From: Candidatus Latescibacterota bacterium
GTDB lineage: Bacteria; Latescibacterota; UBA2968; UBA8231
Assembly (NCBI GenBank): GCA_965200315.1
Contig: OZ241362.1
Coordinates: 4,064,001-4,128,000, forward strand
Length of the DNA: 64,000 bases
Direction: 5' to 3'
The notes beneath the pieces were generated by a model. That model ran no database searches. It saw only the letters and a program-made list of their open reading frames with translations, and was not told the DNA's origin. The translations under genes were made by a program, and so were the position numbers. Positions 45,338-54,419 of the stretch are shown one piece after another; positions within the stretch are counted from its first letter, which is position 1; every line of letters starts with the position of its first letter.

Positions 45338-47001
45338 CTCGCTGTTGGATATTCTTGGTCGCGGCCTGCTTTGGATGCAGTGGAGGAGAAGTTCCGACCT
45401 TCAACCGCGACATTGCGCCAATCGTCTTTCACAACTGCGCCCCCTGCCACCGGCCCGCCGGCCCGGCCCCTTTTGACTTGCTCAGCTATGCGGATGTGAG
45501 GGCGCGCGCCGAACAAATCGCCTTTGTTACGGAGACCCGCTACATGCCGCCGTGGAAGCCCAAGCGCGGCTACGGTAGCTTTGCCGGCGAGCGCGGATTG
45601 AGCGCGGCACAGGTCGCCGCGATCCGCCGCTGGGTTGACCACGGCAAACAGGAGGGCCATTCCGCCGACCGGCCTCCGTTGCCCCAGTGGAGGGGCGAGT
45701 GGGAGCTGGGCCAGCCCGATTTAATCGCCTCCATGACATCGCCCTACACCCTGCGGGCTGACGGCCCCGATGTCTTCCGCAACTTCGCCATCCCGCTGCC
45801 CGTTGATTCAACGCGCTACATCAAGGCTCTAGAGTTCAGGCCGGGCAACGCGCGCATCGTCCACCACGCCACCATGATGATCGACCGCAGCGGCGCGGCG
45901 CGGCAGCGCGATGGACGCGACGGGGCCCCAGGCTTTGAGGGCATGAGCTTTGGCGAGGCCGAGGACGCCGATGGGCACTTTCTCGGCTGGACCCAAGGCA
46001 AGACCCCATACCCCGGCAACGACAGCTTGGCTTGGCGGCTCAATCCGGGCACGGACTTGCTGCTGCAGTTGCATCTGTTGCCGACCGGCAAAGAGGAATC
46101 CATTGAGGCCCGCGTCGGCCTGTTCTTTGCCGATGCGCCGCCTAAAAGACGCCCGGCCATGCTGCGCTTGGGTCGCAAGGACCTAGACATACCGGCTGGG
46201 GCGAGCGACTATTGGATCCGCGATACGTATCTGCTGCCTGTGGATGTCGAAATCCTGACCATCTACCCACACGCGCATTACCTCGGCCGGGAAATTCGGG
46301 CGTACGCCGAGTTGCCCAACCAAGAGCGGGAGTGGCTTATATGGATTGAGGACTGGGATTTTAGCTGGCAGGACGACTACCGATTCGCCTCGCCCGTTTT
46401 CTTGCCGGCTGGCTCGACGCTGGTCATGGAATACGCGTACGACAATTCCGCGCAAAACCCGCGCAACCCCCACGACCCACCCGTGCGGGTGCGCTATGGG
46501 CTGCACTCGACCGACGAGATGGGCGATCTGACGCTACAGATTTTGCCGCGCCGCCCCGAGGACTTAGCGCGACTCCGCCGCGACTTTTACCGCAAGTGGC
46601 TGGGGCAGGAAATCGACGGGTACAAGAAGCTGCTCGAAGCCGACCTTCGAGACTGGGACACCCACCACACCTTGGCCATGTTCTACATGCGCTCCGGCCA
46701 GCGTCCGTTGGCGCTGGAGCACTTTGAGTTGGCACTGGAATACAACCCGGACTACCCGGAGGCTCATGTGAACTTTGGGATTGCCCTAGCCCAAGGCCGC
46801 CAATGGGAGCGGGCCGTCGCCCATTTTGAACGGGCCTTGCAGCGCAGCCCCGATTTTGCCGCGGCCCATTTCAACCTAGGATTGGTATTGGAGATGATGG
46901 GCCGCTCGGCCGAGGCCAAACCCCACTTCGACGCCGTCATCCGCCAGCGGCCCGACGTGGCTGCGGCCATCCAACAGCGCTTGGCCAAGCTGCGTCGCTA
47001 G
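45334..47001 (+). CDS. cytochrome c - copper type II (PHM/DBH-like) monooxygenase - TPR lipoprotein
   Basis: Lipobox-like CFGC, CAPCH heme motif, HH / LQLH / HAH / DEM copper ligands, C-terminal TPRs. ATGA-coupled to the redoxin. Confidence 0.78.
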   Translation: MTRCWIFLVAACFGCSGGEVPTFNRDIAPIVFHNCAPCHRPAGPAPFDLLSYADVRARAEQIAFVTETRYMPPWKPKRGYGSFAGERGLSAAQVAAIRRWVDHGKQEGHSADRPPLPQWRGEWELGQPDLIASMTSPYTLRADGPDVFRNFAIPLPVDSTRYIKALEFRPGNARIVHHATMMIDRSGAARQRDGRDGAPGFEGMSFGEAEDADGHFLGWTQGKTPYPGNDSLAWRLNPGTDLLLQLHLLPTGKEESIEARVGLFFADAPPKRRPAMLRLGRKDLDIPAGASDYWIRDTYLLPVDVEILTIYPHAHYLGREIRAYAELPNQEREWLIWIEDWDFSWQDDYRFASPVFLPAGSTLVMEYAYDNSAQNPRNPHDPPVRVRYGLHSTDEMGDLTLQILPRRPEDLARLRRDFYRKWLGQEIDGYKKLLEADLRDWDTHHTLAMFYMRSGQRPLALEHFELALEYNPDYPEAHVNFGIALAQGRQWERAVAHFERALQRSPDFAAAHFNLGLVLEMMGRSAEAKPHFDAVIRQRPDVAAAIQQRLAKLRR

Positions 47002-47861
47002 CCCCCGTCTTTTCCCAACGTCGTTGCGAATCCCAAGACGAGCTGCCGCCCGGCCGGAAAATTGCGCCCGTTGAGCGAGACGCGCACGGCCGCCTCAACC
47101 GTTGTGCGCTGGCCGATGGCGTAGAGCAGGGCTGGCGTCAGGTAGGTGATGCGTTTGATCTCGGCCTCAATACCGCCAAAGACGATCGCCGGACGGCTGC
47201 GGAGCACCTCGCATTTGCCCAGCAGCACGAGCTGGCGCACGAGCCGGTAGCCTATCTCGGCGTTGAGGAACCACTCGTCGCCGGGGTCGCGGTCGATCTG
47301 TTCGTTGCGGGTGCGGACGCGATAGCCGAGGTCGATGTTGCCGTACAGGGGCCGCGGCCAAAAGGAGCGCCCGACCTGCCCGACGAAGTCGAAATCCCAC
47401 TGCCCCTCGCCCACCGGAATCAGCCCATCTTCGTTTTTGAACTCTCCGGTTGGCACCTTAACGCCGGCCTTGAGCGCGAGGACCAAGGGCTGGGCCAAGA
47501 GGCGCAATTTGGCCAAGGCGCGGATGTCGCTCAGGCCGGTGTCCGTGCGGGGTTCGGCAAACGCGACGTTGGCAAAAGACTGGTCGAAATAGGGAACCTG
47601 CAAGCCAAGGTCTAGGCGGTCGGTGACGCCGTATAGGCCCTCGAAAAAGACGGCCCGCGATTCGTATTGCCCGTCAAAGTCGTAGCGGGCGCGGGTGCCG
47701 GGCGCACCAAAGCGACCCTTGCCGACGTACCACTCTTGGGTGCGCTGCTGGAAATAGGTGAGCTTGCTCCAGACTTGGCCTCGCGGCAAAGTCCAAGCGC
47801 CGGCACCCACATCGGCTGCCGCACCTAGGAGTATCAAGCCGACCAACAGGTATTTGACCAT
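46998..47861 (-). CDS. putative outer-membrane beta-barrel (phenol MetA-degradation/transporter-like family)
   Basis: Signal peptide (AGAW), YGVTDRLDL, GLSDI, VKVPTG, alternating beta strands. Confidence 0.7.
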   Translation of the reverse strand: MVKYLLVGLILLGAAADVGAGAWTLPRGQVWSKLTYFQQRTQEWYVGKGRFGAPGTRARYDFDGQYESRAVFFEGLYGVTDRLDLGLQVPYFDQSFANVAFAEPRTDTGLSDIRALAKLRLLAQPLVLALKAGVKVPTGEFKNEDGLIPVGEGQWDFDFVGQVGRSFWPRPLYGNIDLGYRVRTRNEQIDRDPGDEWFLNAEIGYRLVRQLVLLGKCEVLRSRPAIVFGGIEAEIKRITYLTPALLYAIGQRTTVEAAVRVSLNGRNFPAGRQLVLGFATTLGKDGG

Positions 47862-48052
47862 AGCCGCATTCCTTTCGCGTGTTAGGTTCGCGGTTTCCTC
47901 AGAAGCGGTCTAAATGGTTGGTGCCCTCTGCCGAGGGGCGCGGTAAAGCCCGATTGCGCGGTTTACCGGAAGGCCGCGAATAGCTATTTTCAAGTGGAGT
48001 GCAACGTTCCTTTTCACGTCGCTAGACGACAATACCTTGGGAGAGATTTTCT

Positions 48053-49105
48053 ATGAATACCGTTCCTTTTGAAAAGCTAGGGCCGGGGCAATCGGGGCGG
48101 CTGGCCTATCAGGTGATGGGCCAAGACGGGCCGATTTTCAACCCGCAGAACATTCGCTATCTGTCGCCAGAGGCTGCCGGTATGCAGGTTGGCTCTACGG
48201 CAGGGACCGCGGGCTTACAGACGGGCTTGGCCGGGGCTAACCTCGTGTGTTCCGTGCTGAATCTAGCCGTTTCTGCGTACATCGCACGTCGAGTGAATGC
48301 CTTACACAAAAAGATGGACGTGATGCAAGAAACCCTGGATCGCATTGAAAGTAAGGTTGATTACATCGTACAGAAGGTGGACCGAATAGACATACAAGTG
48401 GCCGAAAACAACTTGCGACACGCTTTAGAATATACACTTCAACAGGCAGTATATGGCGAAGAGGTGGACTTGACCATTCTCGCAGGGCTATGCGGTGATT
48501 TCCGTAAGTTTAAAGCCTCATTGCCCGCGGAATGGCTCTTACTCAACTTTGGTCTTTACCTTTCTAGCGACATCCGGGACCGGCTCCGACAAATCTACGA
48601 CCTCGCTTATGGGCTTCGGAAAGTGGTTGCTCAGCGGTACAATGCTGCTGTTGATGGTGATCCAGAACGCATTGTCATCGTGGATCCGCCTAGGGATTAC
48701 CTTTGTTGTCTTGGTCCCGGGCCGCATAGCGGTCTTGCTAACGGTACCAAAATGGCAATGCATCTTGTTACTTCCTCTCGAGTCCCTCGTAAGCGATCCG
48801 AAGAGATACAAGAGTTTCTTACGTCCGATGGATTGAGCTTTCTTTATTCTCAGCGTTATCTTCCGGCGCAGCCTTTTATGATATTCGGGAATGTAGAAGA
48901 AGATATAGCAGAAGGACTGTACGACCTCTGTCGTGCTTGGCTCTATCGCTCCGACGCGGGACTGCTCTGGCGGACGTGGTCGGAGTTGGGTGCAATGAAG
49001 GACGGCTATCATTCGTGGTGCTGGCCCCAATTGCAAGAAGCTGATCTATGCGGCTTCGACCAGATCGACGTTACCTGCGACCTCGCGCTCATTGAAAATG
49101 CCTGA
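48053..49105 (+). CDS. hypothetical protein, hydrophobic helix plus coiled coil, lower GC
   Basis: 350-aa ORF with GGGAGA RBS; no recognisable family motif. Confidence 0.7.
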   Translation: MNTVPFEKLGPGQSGRLAYQVMGQDGPIFNPQNIRYLSPEAAGMQVGSTAGTAGLQTGLAGANLVCSVLNLAVSAYIARRVNALHKKMDVMQETLDRIESKVDYIVQKVDRIDIQVAENNLRHALEYTLQQAVYGEEVDLTILAGLCGDFRKFKASLPAEWLLLNFGLYLSSDIRDRLRQIYDLAYGLRKVVAQRYNAAVDGDPERIVIVDPPRDYLCCLGPGPHSGLANGTKMAMHLVTSSRVPRKRSEEIQEFLTSDGLSFLYSQRYLPAQPFMIFGNVEEDIAEGLYDLCRAWLYRSDAGLLWRTWSELGAMKDGYHSWCWPQLQEADLCGFDQIDVTCDLALIENA

Positions 49106-49117
49106 GCGCGTCAATAC

Positions 49118-50401
49118 GTGCATATCCTCACTTTAGGCATCAACCACCGCACCGCGCCGGTGGAAATCCGCGAGCGGCTGGCCTTCCCCGAAAGCGACCA
49201 GCCCTCGGCCCTAGCCCGGCTCGTCGGCGACTATGGGCTGCACGAAGCGGCCATTCTCTCCACCTGCAACCGGTCCGAGCTGTACTTAGCGGCCGATGGC
49301 GACAGCGGATTGGCCCAAGTGCGCCGCTTTCTCGCCGAATGCCAAGGCGTAGATGTCGCAACGCTCGAATCCCACTTCTACCAGCTCAACGACTCAGACG
49401 CGGCCGTTCATCTTTTTCGCGTGGCCAGCGGCATTGACTCCCTCGTCGTCGGCGAGTCCCAGATCCTCGGGCAGGTGCGCCGCGCATTGGAATTGGCCCA
49501 GCAAAACGGCTCGGCGCGCCTGTTGCTCAACGAGCTTTTCCAACGCTCACTGCGCGTGGGCAAGCGCGCGCGCGCCGAAACGGATATTGGCCGCGGCCGG
49601 CTGTCGATTGGCACGGCTGCGGTCGAGCTGGCCGGCCAAGTCTTTGAAAATCTGACGGGCTGCGGCGTGCTCTTGGTCGGTGCTGGCGAGATGGGTGCGC
49701 TCACGGCCCAGTACTTGATTGACTCCGGCGTCGAGCGGCTGTTGGTAAGCAGCCGCACCTTTGCCCGCTCCCAGTCGCTGGCCAGCCAGTTGGGCGGCGA
49801 GGCCGTGCCCTTTGAGGAACTAGCCGCTCAGCTTGCCACTGTTGACATCGTCATCTCGGCGACTGCGGCCGCGGATTACGTCATCCGCCCCGCTGATTTG
49901 CGCCGGGCTATGGAGCAACGCCGAGGACGCCCGCTGTTCCTCATCGACATTGCCGTGCCGCGCGACATTGACCCGGCCGTACGCGACATCGACAACGTAT
50001 TCCTGTTCGACATGGACAATCTCGAACAAGTGGTTGCTGCCAACCGCCAAGAGCGCGAGGGAGAGATCCGCTGCGTACAAGCCATTATTGACCACGAGCT
50101 AAAGGAGTTTTTGCACTGGTTCAATGCCTTGGGCACTGGTCCGTTAATCCGCTCTTTGCGCGCGCGCGCCGCTCGTCTCCAAGAACAAGAGCTCGCGCGC
50201 TGGGCCGCCCAACTCGGTCCGCTCTCCGCGGCTGAGCGTCAGCTCGTCGAGGGCATCTTGCGCGGTTACGCCAACAAGCTCCTGCACGATCCGCTCGTGC
50301 AGATCCGCGAATTCGCCAACGACGACGAAGGCTATGTCCGCCTCGATACGGTGCGTCGCCTCTTCCGGCTCGACGACGAGGCCGGGGAGAAAGAATCGTG
50401 A
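49118..50401 (+). CDS. hemA: glutamyl-tRNA reductase
   Basis: GINHRTAPVEIRE, STCNR, GESQILGQ, GAGEMG, DIAVPRD. Confidence 0.97.
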   Translation: MHILTLGINHRTAPVEIRERLAFPESDQPSALARLVGDYGLHEAAILSTCNRSELYLAADGDSGLAQVRRFLAECQGVDVATLESHFYQLNDSDAAVHLFRVASGIDSLVVGESQILGQVRRALELAQQNGSARLLLNELFQRSLRVGKRARAETDIGRGRLSIGTAAVELAGQVFENLTGCGVLLVGAGEMGALTAQYLIDSGVERLLVSSRTFARSQSLASQLGGEAVPFEELAAQLATVDIVISATAAADYVIRPADLRRAMEQRRGRPLFLIDIAVPRDIDPAVRDIDNVFLFDMDNLEQVVAANRQEREGEIRCVQAIIDHELKEFLHWFNALGTGPLIRSLRARAARLQEQELARWAAQLGPLSAAERQLVEGILRGYANKLLHDPLVQIREFANDDEGYVRLDTVRRLFRLDDEAGEKES

Positions 50402-51210
50402 CGACGTTCTGCATTGTCTCTCTCGCCATCGCCTTGGCGTTCTACTTGGCTGCCGCGCTGCTGTTTCAAGGGCACTTCCTCTGGCACAAAAGCGGCTGGG
50501 ACGCGCTGGGGCGCAAGAGCCTAAAGTTGGGTCTGGCCGTACACGCGATCAGCATAGTGCTGCACTTCGCGCTTTCCGGCCAAGCCCTCTTCGCCAATAT
50601 GTTGGTGGTCATCGCCTCGCTGGTCATGGCCTTGGTGGTTGCGGGCCTGCTCGGCGAGCGCTATGTGCGCATTCGCCACCTCGGCCTGCTGACCGCGCCC
50701 CTCGCCTTTCTCGGCCTGCTCTATCCGCTGCTGATGCCCATCCGCTTTGAGGAGGCCGAGTCGATCCTCGTGGAATATCCCTTCCTCGGCATCCACGTGG
50801 TCCTAACGCTGCTCGGGCACGTGGGTTTTGCCTTGGCGTTCTGCTCGGCGGTCGGCTACCTCGTCCAACACCAAGCCCTAAAAAAGGGCCGGCTCAACAG
50901 CTATCTGCCCGCACTCGACACGGCTGCCGCGGCGACCTTTCGCTTTGCTGGCGGCGGCTTTTCGCTCTTTACCTTGGGTTTGGGCATGGGCGCGATTTGG
51001 TTCTTTGGCGCGCCGGGCGAACACCTCGCGGGCGGAGATACCAAAATCTGGCTGGCCCTGCCGACGTGGTTCGTTTTTGGCATCTATCTCTATTTGCGCG
51101 GCATTGGCCGGCGGCACGGCCGCCGTCTCAAGTGGTTGGTGATTGCGGGGTTTGTGCTGGGGCTGATCAACCTGCTGTGGGTGCGCCACGATTTCGTCAA
51201 TTTTGTGTAG
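50398..51210 (+). CDS. cytochrome c assembly (CcsA/HemX-like) membrane protein
   Basis: Multi-TM, conserved His (GIHV), LPALD, D.K motif; coupled to hemA. Confidence 0.8.
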   Translation: MTTFCIVSLAIALAFYLAAALLFQGHFLWHKSGWDALGRKSLKLGLAVHAISIVLHFALSGQALFANMLVVIASLVMALVVAGLLGERYVRIRHLGLLTAPLAFLGLLYPLLMPIRFEEAESILVEYPFLGIHVVLTLLGHVGFALAFCSAVGYLVQHQALKKGRLNSYLPALDTAAAATFRFAGGGFSLFTLGLGMGAIWFFGAPGEHLAGGDTKIWLALPTWFVFGIYLYLRGIGRRHGRRLKWLVIAGFVLGLINLLWVRHDFVNFV

Positions 51211-51338
51211 GTGCGCTGCCGAAAAAGCCGGAACCGATACGCTCTATTTGGTTGTAGGTTTGCAATTTATGTTTTTTTCTTCTATAAGTACACCGAACAA
51301 CCCCTTACTCTATTTTACTTTGATAAAGGAGCTACGTT

Positions 51339-52265
51339 ATGAGCTATCGATTCCTATTGCTCGCCTGCTTGGCAACGCTGGGGTTAGCCGCCGCTGGCTG
51401 GGGGCAGGCCGACGGTAAAATAGCGTTTACCTCCCTCCGCGAAGGGTACTTTGACGTGTGGATTATGAATGCGGACGGGAGCGACCCTGTAAACCTGACT
51501 CAAGGACGGCATTGCGCTAGCCCGGCTTGGTCCCCGGATGGCACGAAGATCGCCTATATCGGCGACATTTTTTACTACGATCAGGAGACTGGGGAGGTTC
51601 AGTTCGATGGGGAGATTTGGTTGATGGATGCCGATGGCGGCAATCCACAGCAGCTAACAGACGATTCCGTCAATAAAACATCGCTCTGGTGGTCTGAAGA
51701 CGGGCGTAGCATTTACTACACAGTGCCGGATAGAGACGATCAGTGGATTAGCTATGATGTGTTCGTTATGGCACTGGACGGCAGCGACTCCTCGCCCGTG
51801 GACTGGAGAGAGCCACTCCTCGACCAAGTCTTCACTCGTTCCCCAGACGGAACTAAATTAGCAAACGTCGTGTTGGCGGACGAAGAGGGCAATGCTCATC
51901 TCTATGTCCGCGATACTAGTGAGTACCAGCGCCTGTATCTTTCCCAGATTCAAGTTGATCTGTGGGGTACTCCCCTTCCTGATCTACCCCAGCAAGGTAA
52001 ATCTGAATTCGGCATTATGACAACAAGCCATCTTACTTGGTCGCCCGACAGCATGAGAATAGCCTTCGAAGCCTTTACTGGTCCGATTGTTGACGACCGA
52101 CATAGTGAGATTTGGGTCGTTGATATAGACGGGAGTAGCTTGGTTAATTTGACTAACGGCTTGGGTGGATATTCTCCCGCTTGGCAACCTGTCTCCCCTG
52201 CTGCTACTGCCACGAGCGTCGAGTCCCAGTCGTGGGGCCAGATCAAATCGCTGCTTTCTCATTAA
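51339..52265 (+). CDS. secreted TolB-like/PD40 beta-propeller protein with C-terminal SVESQSWGQIK tail
   Basis: Signal peptide, repeated PAWSPDG/WSPDS, MNADGS..NLT. Confidence 0.85.
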   Translation: MSYRFLLLACLATLGLAAAGWGQADGKIAFTSLREGYFDVWIMNADGSDPVNLTQGRHCASPAWSPDGTKIAYIGDIFYYDQETGEVQFDGEIWLMDADGGNPQQLTDDSVNKTSLWWSEDGRSIYYTVPDRDDQWISYDVFVMALDGSDSSPVDWREPLLDQVFTRSPDGTKLANVVLADEEGNAHLYVRDTSEYQRLYLSQIQVDLWGTPLPDLPQQGKSEFGIMTTSHLTWSPDSMRIAFEAFTGPIVDDRHSEIWVVDIDGSSLVNLTNGLGGYSPAWQPVSPAATATSVESQSWGQIKSLLSH

Positions 52266-52329
52266 TCGCGCCTCGTGTTTAGGGGCGGTGCGGAGCGCAA
52301 GCCCTCTATGCACCATTAATCCCCGCCTT

Positions 52330-52623
52330 TTAAAGCTTCAGTGTCTCGTCAATGGGGGATTTTGGTGGAGCGACGTGCGCGACGTGGCGAATGCCATAGC
52401 GAATGCGGTGGGGGCGAACGAGTACGGAGACGAGGTTCATTTTACTGCGGGGCGATACGCCAAAGTCATTGGGCTAGCGAGTCTGTGTTCCGAGGTCTTG
52501 GGGCATAGCGTGACGCGCCCTGTCATACCCTATTTTCTGGCTCGGGTAGGTTTGCCCTTGATTAAATTACACGCCGCACGGCACAACCAACCGCTGCTTT
52601 ACTCCCGAAATTCGGCAACATAG
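52330..52623 (+). pseudogene. NAD-dependent epimerase/3-beta-HSD-like fragment
   Basis: GGFWWSDVRDVANA motif; no N-terminus. Confidence 0.55.
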
Positions 52624-52820
52624 TGGTCGCCATGTGGATTGCGCACTACGTCCATCGCACACTTATATGGCCGTGGATTGTTCCAAGACGCGATAGTGCG
52701 ATGTGTATGATGCTGTGTGTGTCCGGCATATTTTTTAACGTACTCAATGGCGTTTTATGGGGATGGTTCATGGGATACATCGCCGATTATGCCAGCGATT
52801 GGGCGACCGATTCGCGATTT
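52624..52820 (+). pseudogene. steroid 5-alpha-reductase (3-oxo-5-alpha-steroid 4-dehydrogenase) fragment
   Basis: HYVHRTLIWP...FNVLNG...W..D.RF matches the SRD5A central region. Confidence 0.6.
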
Positions 52821-52859
52821 GAAAGCGCGATTCTATATCGTCTCGTTTGTCGCTCGACA

Positions 52860-52945
52860 ATGGGTAGAGCAGATTCAACTCGCCGCCCGTGTTCGGATTC
52901 GCGTCAAAGCGCGGCGAGTTGCTGCTGGAAACTTGACGTAGCGAA
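52860..52945 (-). pseudogene. CocE/NonD (S15) hydrolase C-terminal remnant
   Basis: Minus frame QVSSSNSPRFDANPNTGG versus the family motif VSSSNFPRFD.NPNTG. Confidence 0.5.
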
Positions 52946-53055
52946 CCATTGTAGCTCTGGTCGTTTCGGCGACAACCAATAAACCTGACGAGGAGCTACA
53001 CGGCAAAGTAGAAGTGGTGTCGTCCACATAAATCAAGGAGTCATAGATACCCGGT

Positions 53056-54303
53056 ATGCCCCGCGACCAGATGCTCACCCCGGAAGAAGCCCGCGCCATC
53101 GTCCTTGAGCGCGTGAAAGTCCTCGGACCCGAACGCGTCTCTCTGCTCGATGCTGCCGGCCGCGTACTCGCCCAAGATGTGTTGGCGCGGCGCGACAACC
53201 CGCCCTGCGACAATTCGGCCATGGACGGCTATGCCGTGCGCCATGCGGATGTAGCCGCAACGAGCGACGATGCGCCCGTAGCTTTGGAGATCATTGAAGA
53301 CATACCGGCCGGCAAGGTGCCGCAAAAAGCGGTTGGCCCCGGTCAAGCCAGTCGCATTATGACGGGCGCGGCCGTGCCCGCCGGCGCCGACACCATCGCC
53401 CCGGTAGAGGACACCCGCCCCGCCGCTCAGAGAGTCGAAATCCTCGCTGTTGAAGAGTGCGGCGCACACATTCGCCGACGCGGCGAGGACATGCGCTACG
53501 GCGAGCCGATCATCAAGGCCGGTACAGAGTGTGGCCCGGGCGAACTGGCCGTGCTCGCCGCCGTGCAGCAGAGCTTTGTCTCGGTGTATCGCCGACCGCG
53601 CGTAGCCATCCTCTCCACTGGCGACGAGCTAGTCGAGATCGAGGAGACGCCCGGAGAAGGTCAGATCGTCAACAGCAATACGTGCGCCCTAGCTGCCTTT
53701 TGCCGCGCCCACGGAGCCGAGCCGGTGATGCTGCCCACAGTAGCGGACGACGAAGCCGCGATCCGCGCCACCATTGAGGCCGCCATCCGCGCTGATTTCG
53801 CCGTCTCCTCGGGCGGCGTCTCGGTCGGCGAATACGACTTCGTCAAAAAGGTCCTCGACGACTTGGGGGCCGAGACGATCTTCTGGCGCGTGGCCATGAA
53901 ACCAGGTAAGCCGCTGGTCTTTTGCACGGTCGGCGGCGTGCCCTACTTCGGCCTGCCCGGCAACCCGGTATCGAGCATGATGTCCTTTCTCCAGTTCGTG
54001 CGCCCGGCCATCCGCAAGGCCGCAGGCTATCCGCAATCGGCGTGGTTTTTGCCCGAGGCACACGCTCGGGTAGAAAGCCCCTGCGACAACGACGGCGACC
54101 GCCGCCAGTACATGCGCGCCACCTTGCGCTACCAAGATGGCCAGTTCTGGGTGCGCCCCGCCCGCAGTCAAGGCTCGCACATCATCAGCTCCATGCTCAA
54201 CGCCAATAGCTTCGTCGTCTTAGAACCTCGCCAGCGCGCTGAGATCGGCGACCAAGTACTGGTGCAACTTGTTGGAGAACCGGAAGTTATCTCACAACTC
54301 TGA
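53056..54303 (+). CDS. moeA: molybdopterin molybdotransferase
   Basis: NSAMDGYA, IMTGA, STGDEL, SGGVSVG, MKPGKP, LPGNP. Confidence 0.97.
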   Translation: MPRDQMLTPEEARAIVLERVKVLGPERVSLLDAAGRVLAQDVLARRDNPPCDNSAMDGYAVRHADVAATSDDAPVALEIIEDIPAGKVPQKAVGPGQASRIMTGAAVPAGADTIAPVEDTRPAAQRVEILAVEECGAHIRRRGEDMRYGEPIIKAGTECGPGELAVLAAVQQSFVSVYRRPRVAILSTGDELVEIEETPGEGQIVNSNTCALAAFCRAHGAEPVMLPTVADDEAAIRATIEAAIRADFAVSSGGVSVGEYDFVKKVLDDLGAETIFWRVAMKPGKPLVFCTVGGVPYFGLPGNPVSSMMSFLQFVRPAIRKAAGYPQSAWFLPEAHARVESPCDNDGDRRQYMRATLRYQDGQFWVRPARSQGSHIISSMLNANSFVVLEPRQRAEIGDQVLVQLVGEPEVISQL

Positions 54304-54419
54304 ATGCGTCATTTCACGTAGGGACGCCCCGTTGTTTGGGGATTGGTGGCATGTATGAGGTAGCGGCAAAAAATCGCGACCCTTAGTGCCACCCGGTCGC
54401 TTCACCCTTAGGATCCGTT

